In this document: piece by piece, positions 58,568 to 64,000 of the stretch
How positions within the stretch are numbered: position 1 is the first letter of the stretch
Layout: every line of letters starts with the position of its first letter
From: an uncultured bacterium
Lineage (GTDB): Bacteria > Babelota > Babeliae > Babelales > Vermiphilaceae
Assembly (NCBI GenBank): GCA_963702025.1
Contig: OY969699.1
Coordinates: forward strand, 512,001 to 576,000
Reading direction: 5' to 3'
Length of the DNA stretch: 64,000 bases
Translations under genes and position numbers: made by a program
Notes under the pieces: model-generated
Database searches by the model: none
Told to the model about the DNA's origin: nothing
Seen by the model: only the letters and a program-made list of their open reading frames with translations

Positions 58568-59991
58568 GGTTTCTCCTTAATAAGTTCTTCCATAGTTTTT
58601 GCGCCATATTTTTTGAGTAATGTTACTGCAAGGTCTCTGTTCGCTTGCGGGATAGCAAGCTCGCCACCATCACGAACGCCAATCGCTTGGTCGAGCAATG
58701 TGCCCTGGCCCCAATCCCAGGTGTGATATTTTTTATTTATATCTCTTCCTTGGGCAAGAAGCAATTTTATTACCTCTTCATCTCCCATGCTAGCAGCAAT
58801 ATAAAGCGGGTCAAAATATGGTTGCGTGCCGCCTTCAATTTCCTCGGGATTAGCTTGCGCAAGAGCAATTAAATTATTGGCAATATCTTGTGCGGTTATT
58901 TTTTTTGCTTTTCTAAGTTCATCGAGCGTCTTAGCACCGTATTTTTTAAGAAGTTCCACGGCTTTTTGTTTCTTTTCAGGAAAACCGTAACTTTGATCTT
59001 TCAATATTGCTTGAGCAAAATCAAGAAGAGTGCCGTAGCCAAACTCATGTGTATAATAAAATTTATTACTATTGGCACCAGCTGCCAGTAAGATTTTTAG
59101 TGTGTCTTCATGATTGTCAAATGCTGCCTGATACAATGGATCATAGGATGGCCTTGTCCCCGGTTGCAGGCGTGCTCCATGGGCAATGAGATCTTGTACC
59201 AAGGTATTGAATCCGCCGCCTGCCGCACTGGCGAGCGCGCTCAATTCCCCCGGATTGCTTCGATTGGGATCAGCCCCGCTTTCTAATAAAAAATGAATTA
59301 CGGTGGTGTTATTAAACCCTCTATGGCGCATTTCATAAATTGCTTGTTGTAATATTGAGAGAGCCGGTTCACCGCCTTGCATAGGCTCATTGATCAGATT
59401 AATTCCTTGAGTATAGAGTCTTTGTGGATGATACGTAAGAAAATCTTCATTACGCAGTAAGTATCGGGCAAAGAATAGGCTTAAGTCTGTATCTGCTCGG
59501 TTTTTATAAAGATTGCCAGAATTTATGAGAGCTTCCTTTTCATTCATCGAAAGTTTTTTATTTTTAAAGATAATTGCAAAAGTGATGAGTGGACTGTCCG
59601 GGAGTGGAAAATCTTTTATTTCTATCGCTTGTTTCGCATCTATTTGACTGGATGTTCCATCTAATGCTGTTATCAAATAAGAAAGAAAAATATCTTCTCC
59701 TCCCGGCATTTTGTTGATCATTGCCTTTATAATGGTGATAATATCCTGATTTGTTATTTTTTTATTTTTAATAATAATTGCGTTAATTAAATCGTAATAT
59801 ACATCAACTGGTAGTAAAGGAAGTTTTTGTAAGATTTGATCGGCCGGGAGTTGCGCTATTGCTTGTAATGCTTGTGATCTCAGTGATGCGGGTTCATTGA
59901 CGATTTTTTCGCATACCGGTGGTTTTTCCATGCTAGTAACTAGTTGGCCGTATGCTACTGTTATTAGAACAATAATTGTTACTTTTTTCAT
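58564..59991 (-). CDS. Secreted ankyrin-repeat protein
   Basis: Signal peptide ..VTSMEK; LLESGADPN, PLYQAA, PLYIAA repeats. Confidence 0.85.
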   Translation of the reverse strand: MKKVTIIVLITVAYGQLVTSMEKPPVCEKIVNEPASLRSQALQAIAQLPADQILQKLPLLPVDVYYDLINAIIIKNKKITNQDIITIIKAMINKMPGGEDIFLSYLITALDGTSSQIDAKQAIEIKDFPLPDSPLITFAIIFKNKKLSMNEKEALINSGNLYKNRADTDLSLFFARYLLRNEDFLTYHPQRLYTQGINLINEPMQGGEPALSILQQAIYEMRHRGFNNTTVIHFLLESGADPNRSNPGELSALASAAGGGFNTLVQDLIAHGARLQPGTRPSYDPLYQAAFDNHEDTLKILLAAGANSNKFYYTHEFGYGTLLDFAQAILKDQSYGFPEKKQKAVELLKKYGAKTLDELRKAKKITAQDIANNLIALAQANPEEIEGGTQPYFDPLYIAASMGDEEVIKLLLAQGRDINKKYHTWDWGQGTLLDQAIGVRDGGELAIPQANRDLAVTLLKKYGAKTMEELIKEKP

Positions 59992-61004
59992 TATCGTGCT
60001 CCATTAGATTCAGGTGTTGGTAAGTTTGGATATTCATCAGTGGGTGTTATGCTATGAATGAATACTGTTGCTCCCTGATTAATAACAAATTCAGTGGCCC
60101 CGAATTTTTTATCCGTAGTGCTTCCCCAATCATAGGTGTACCCAAGCCGCGTCCAGGGAAATGGCCGATTGCCAGTATAAGTAGTTGCTCGGCGTTCGCG
60201 GAACCATTTTTTGTACTCCGGTTTTACCGGAACGTAGGTGAAAAGATCTTTATACGATTCGGGTAAAGTCGCCGGATTAGGGTTGGGCACGCAGCTTTTG
60301 CTCACAATATCAGTATTTATGCACGGTCTAAAGATATCTTGTGGCCGCACCCACATTTCCACAAAGGCATATTCATCTTTACTTTCTGGTAATCCTAAAT
60401 ATTGTTTTAAGCGTTCGCTCAGACTAATGCCCGGTGTTGGTTTTTTTAGATAGTTTTGCGCAAAGCTCTTTAATTGTGGCACCGCGGTGACCCAGATATA
60501 GACGTTTTCCATGATTGGTGTTTTAAATTCTTTGCCGACATATGCTTTATAGAACATGTTAACGGCCCACAGTGGCATCCAGGAAACCATTAAGACATGG
60601 GATTTTTGTGCATCTTTCCAAATGAGATTCTTGTTCCATGGCGAGATATCAATTAAGGCATGATCCACCTGGTCTGGGACTCCTCCTTGCTGAGTGGCAT
60701 AAACGGCGCGTAAATAGTTTTCATTGGGAATTGGGTTTAGGGGTTGGCCCTCAAAAGCCCGGCGTACATTATCAACAGTAATACGAATTTTTTCTGTGGT
60801 AATTGCTGCTTGTTCACTTACTTTTTGTTCCGATGTCTTAGCAGCTTGTTCCACTTTTTGCGCGGCTTCTTCTCCCGCTTTTTCAGCACCTTTTCTTGCT
60901 TGTTCCGCTGATTGCTTAAGGCGCTCTTCAAAAGATTGCTTTTCTAGGGCTAAAGTGCCAAAAGAGAATGCTAAACAAAATAAAAATAGTGCTTTTTTCA
61001 TCAC
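59991..61004 (-). CDS. Secreted hypothetical protein
   Basis: Signal peptide, coiled coil, conserved-looking WVT, RL.Q.LGLP, FRPC, PWTRLGYTYDW, GATEF motifs. Confidence 0.7.
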   Translation of the reverse strand: MMKKALFLFCLAFSFGTLALEKQSFEERLKQSAEQARKGAEKAGEEAAQKVEQAAKTSEQKVSEQAAITTEKIRITVDNVRRAFEGQPLNPIPNENYLRAVYATQQGGVPDQVDHALIDISPWNKNLIWKDAQKSHVLMVSWMPLWAVNMFYKAYVGKEFKTPIMENVYIWVTAVPQLKSFAQNYLKKPTPGISLSERLKQYLGLPESKDEYAFVEMWVRPQDIFRPCINTDIVSKSCVPNPNPATLPESYKDLFTYVPVKPEYKKWFRERRATTYTGNRPFPWTRLGYTYDWGSTTDKKFGATEFVINQGATVFIHSITPTDEYPNLPTPESNGAR

Positions 61005-61105
61005 GGTACCTTAAATAATAATTTCCTATTTGAAATTATAGCAGGGAGACGTAGAAAAAAGCAAAAAAATACTTTTTTGGTGGTAAAAGGAGCTAGAATA
61101 AAGGG

Positions 61106-61540
61106 TTAAAACGGGCTACTTTTTTTCAATGTCTGGGCATACGCAGTCAAAAGCCTAATCATTTCGATCTTGGTAGAATCGGGTAAATTGTTAAACCAGT
61201 CTTCTACTTGTTTATGAGTCACCTGACCGCGAATCTCTATGCCTTTGAATGCCTGGACAATAATATTAACCACATTGGCTGCTGCTTGAAAAAGTGCCGG
61301 ACCGGCAACGGCCGGATTATGGGGATCAGTAGTAAAAGTGCCCAGTGCGGCAAGCATGCCGCCAAAATTAGTCAGAATTACTGCCTCATCTTCATCATAG
61401 TCATCATCATCTTCTTCTTCATCGTGGGCTTGGACAACAACAGGCTTTTCTTGAGGTTTTGGTTTTTTGCGGTATGGTGTGGTCGGTGGTATCGCAATGG
61501 CAGCAGCAGTTATAAGTGATAATAAAAGATAGAGCTTCAT
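61106..61540 (-). CDS. Secreted hypothetical protein with acidic tract
   Basis: AAGGAG RBS, signal peptide, DEEEDDDDYDEDE. Confidence 0.65.
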   Translation of the reverse strand: MKLYLLLSLITAAAIAIPPTTPYRKKPKPQEKPVVVQAHDEEEDDDDYDEDEAVILTNFGGMLAALGTFTTDPHNPAVAGPALFQAAANVVNIIVQAFKGIEIRGQVTHKQVEDWFNNLPDSTKIEMIRLLTAYAQTLKKSSPF

Positions 61541-61550
61541 TTTTTCTCCT

Positions 61551-61967
61551 TTATAGTTGTATTCGATCAATTATCTTTTGCATTAACTGGCAATAACTTG
61601 GTAAATGTGTAGAAATTTCTTGCGCGAGTGGTTCATTGTAGGTATGGGATGTTAGATTCCGATCAGCAACCATTTTATTAATTTTTTCAAGTTCTTCCTT
61701 GGAAACAAGATTTACTGCTAAAGCCTCTCTAAAAACTGACCGTGGCGTTGGCGTTTGAACTATAATCCCGTGCTTGTACTCTAAATAATCTTTTACGAGT
61801 TTCCACAGGGTGTCAATAGAAAATTCAAAAGACTGAATTGCTGAATTTCGAAACTGACAATGGTATTTTTTATGTTCAGGATCATTTGATGCTAGAAGAA
61901 TAATATCTTCTTTTAATCTTTTAAGTGCATTACTCGCAGCCAAATATCGTGCCTTTATTGCTTCCAT
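61551..61967 (-). CDS. HEPN (HI0074-type nucleotidyltransferase substrate-binding) protein
   Basis: IQSFEFS...WK, PR..FR, RNLTSHTY (Rx4H). Confidence 0.9.
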   Translation of the reverse strand: MEAIKARYLAASNALKRLKEDIILLASNDPEHKKYHCQFRNSAIQSFEFSIDTLWKLVKDYLEYKHGIIVQTPTPRSVFREALAVNLVSKEELEKINKMVADRNLTSHTYNEPLAQEISTHLPSYCQLMQKIIDRIQL

Positions 61968-62263
61968 ACTATTTTTTCTTTTTTTATTATTTCTTGCATA
62001 GTGTCAGATACATGATGAAAATCAACAATATCAACCTTATAGGGAATATTTAAAGAGGACATCACCGCATTGGCCTCATCTATATTTTCTATGGGAAGCT
62101 GTTTGTCGGCATCGATTGCAATATCAATATCTGAAAAGGGACTATTTTTACCGGTTGCTCGAGATCCAAAAAGATATATTTTTGCCGTTGGGAAAAGAAC
62201 AATCAATAATGCAATAATCTTATTTTTTATTGATTGTTCAAGTTGTTTGTCATTGTTATTCAT
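61955..62263 (-). CDS. Minimal nucleotidyltransferase (MNT antitoxin)
   Basis: LFGSRA.G.....SDIDIA, KVDIV motifs. Confidence 0.9.
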   Translation of the reverse strand: MNNNDKQLEQSIKNKIIALLIVLFPTAKIYLFGSRATGKNSPFSDIDIAIDADKQLPIENIDEANAVMSSLNIPYKVDIVDFHHVSDTMQEIIKKEKIVWKQ

Positions 62264-62314
62264 AGTCTATTTCCTTTTTTATTGAAAAATAGTGCTTTAG
62301 TTTTTGCGCGACAT

Positions 62315-63652
62315 TTATTCATCAATTAAAGGGGCTTGATCATCTTTACTTTCGGCATTTTTTTCTTCAAAAATCAATACCTGCAATACTCGTTTGTTGC
62401 TCGCCTTTTGCACTTGGAAATAATATTTTTTATATAAAAAGCGCTCACCTTTTTTAGGCAAGTGTTGCAACTGTTCGGTTATAAAACCGCCTAAGGTAAC
62501 TGAATCTTCCGTTTCAAAGGTGATGTGTAATAGATCAGTAATATCTTCAAGGGGTGTGCTTGCGTCAACCAACCAGCCACCTTGCTTGAGTTGTACAATA
62601 TGTTCAGTTTTTGGTTCAAGCTCGTCGCGCAATTCGCCCACAATTTCTTCGAGCACGTCTTCAAGGGTAATCAGGCCGGTGATGCTGCCATGCTCGTTGA
62701 TCACAATAGCAATATGCATATGCTTATTCTTAAATTCACGCAACATTTGGCTCACTTTGATGCTTTCGGGAATAAATAAAATCGGCCGCAAAATATCTTG
62801 CAGCGGTTTATGTTCACTTTTTTCATCTTTGGTGAGCAGCATAAAGACATCTTTTAAGTGGACCATACCGATGATATTATCAGTCTTTTTTTCATAGACC
62901 GGTAACCGGGTAAATGGATGATCGGCAAAAACGGCCAATGCATCTTTAATGGTTGAATCCGAGGTGATCATAACAATATCAGTGGCTGGCACCATAATCT
63001 CTTTAACCGGCGTTTTGCCTAATTCAAAAATGTTTTGGAGCATCTCATTTTTTTCTTCTTCAATAAGACCTTTACCATAAATATAGTCGATCAAAAATTG
63101 AATTTCGCGCTCGGATGACACCCATTCGCTGGCAGCCTCCATATCCTTTTGTCCACCAATTTTTGCAACTACAAATGAGGTGAAGCGATTGAGGAAAGTG
63201 ACCAAGGGATAAAAGAGATAAAAAATTATATTAATGAGCCATAGCGTTGATTTAAATAAGCGTTCACTGCGTCCTTTTGCCAGATTTTTGGGAATTATTT
63301 CACCGAATATTAAAATGGCGATGGTTGCCACCGCAATACCAAAGGTAAATCCGAGCCCACCCGCAAGATTAAATCGTTTGAAAATGGTTTCCATAATCAT
63401 GGTGGCAAGTGCGGCAGTAGTTACATCGGCAAGACTATTGCAGATTAAAATAGTAATGAGTACGCGATGAGGGCTTGTTTCTAATGATTTGAATAGATCC
63501 GAATAGCGTCCGTAAGTATTGGCAAGCTCTTTCAGTTTAAAAAGCCTTAGTGCGGTTATGCTTGTCTCTAAAAATGAAAAGAGGGCGCGCAAACTCAACG
63601 CAATAAAAAAACAGATTATCGGTAATGTTAAAGAGGTACTCAGACTATCCAT
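62315..63652 (-). CDS. HlyC/CorC (CNNM-CBS-CorC) family transporter
   Basis: FS.LETS, FGEIIPK, CBS pair, GLITLEDVLEEIVGE motifs. Confidence 0.92.
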   Translation of the reverse strand: MDSLSTSLTLPIICFFIALSLRALFSFLETSITALRLFKLKELANTYGRYSDLFKSLETSPHRVLITILICNSLADVTTAALATMIMETIFKRFNLAGGLGFTFGIAVATIAILIFGEIIPKNLAKGRSERLFKSTLWLINIIFYLFYPLVTFLNRFTSFVVAKIGGQKDMEAASEWVSSEREIQFLIDYIYGKGLIEEEKNEMLQNIFELGKTPVKEIMVPATDIVMITSDSTIKDALAVFADHPFTRLPVYEKKTDNIIGMVHLKDVFMLLTKDEKSEHKPLQDILRPILFIPESIKVSQMLREFKNKHMHIAIVINEHGSITGLITLEDVLEEIVGELRDELEPKTEHIVQLKQGGWLVDASTPLEDITDLLHITFETEDSVTLGGFITEQLQHLPKKGERFLYKKYYFQVQKASNKRVLQVLIFEEKNAESKDDQAPLIDE

Positions 63653-63684
63653 ATAATTATTTTTTTCCTTTTAAAAATGCTTCA

Positions 63685-64000
63685 TTATTCTTTATCTAAT
63701 GATGAGTCATCATCACTTGTTTCAGGTTCATTATCGTCAAAAAATTCTTGATCAAACTCTTTCTCAAAGAATGTCTTGAGTTTTTTGCTGCGTGAAGGGT
63801 GACGAAGTTTGCGTAATGCTTTAACTTCTATCTGGCGAATGCGTTCACGAGTAACAGAAAAATCCTTACCCACTTCTTCCAAAGTATGCTCGGAAGCAAC
63901 ATCTATGCCAAAACGCATTTTCAATACTTTTTCTTCGCGCGGTGTTAATGATTTTAACACTTCCCGCACACGTTCTTTAAGATCATTATTAGCTACTGTA
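63685..64000 (-). CDS. rpoD: Primary sigma-70 factor, C-terminal region 4 (runs off window)
   Basis: [43 protein letters not shown]. Confidence 0.93.
   Translation of the reverse strand, partial: TVANNDLKERVREVLKSLTPREEKVLKMRFGIDVASEHTLEEVGKDFSVTRERIRQIEVKALRKLRHPSRSKKLKTFFEKEFDQEFFDDNEPETSDDDSSLDKE

Noticed and set aside
60982..62298. 14-bp match aaaaatagtgcttt either side of the HEPN/MNT region
   Set aside because: Short and AT-rich, and one copy lies inside a coding start; plausible by chance.

Overview
AT-rich bacterial window. Gene style suggests an intracellular parasite of protists, most like Dependentiae/TM6 (Babeliae): many ankyrin/LRR/F-box-like proteins with signal peptides and a Chlamydia-type class Ic RNR. 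This taxonomy is inference only. Housekeeping genes: AGCS transporter (partial), murE, membrane pyrophosphatase, two NamZ-like genes, nrdAB, pgi-zwf-gnd-cyclase, tkt, ddpX, ahpC, three thioredoxins, Ku plus ATP-dependent ligase, a CNNM/HlyC gene and rpoD (partial). They are interleaved with dozens of orphan secreted proteins, two TA modules (YafQ-type, HEPN/MNT) and a Fic gene. Main unexplained signals: (1) a modular, nested palindromic repeat family (8 loci) with compensatory base changes, one copy translated in-frame inside transketolase; (2) four single genes, each bracketed by a diverged direct duplication of the local host sequence; (3) a near-universal 'signal peptide + [AGSC]-Met' junction in secreted orphans; (4) eukaryote-like Skp1/BTB-LRR proteins with NLS-like motifs and an F-box/ankyrin/CaaX protein; (5) a tRNA-like cloverleaf in the nrdA leader. 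No rRNA, canonical tRNA, CRISPR array, integrase or transposase was recognised.
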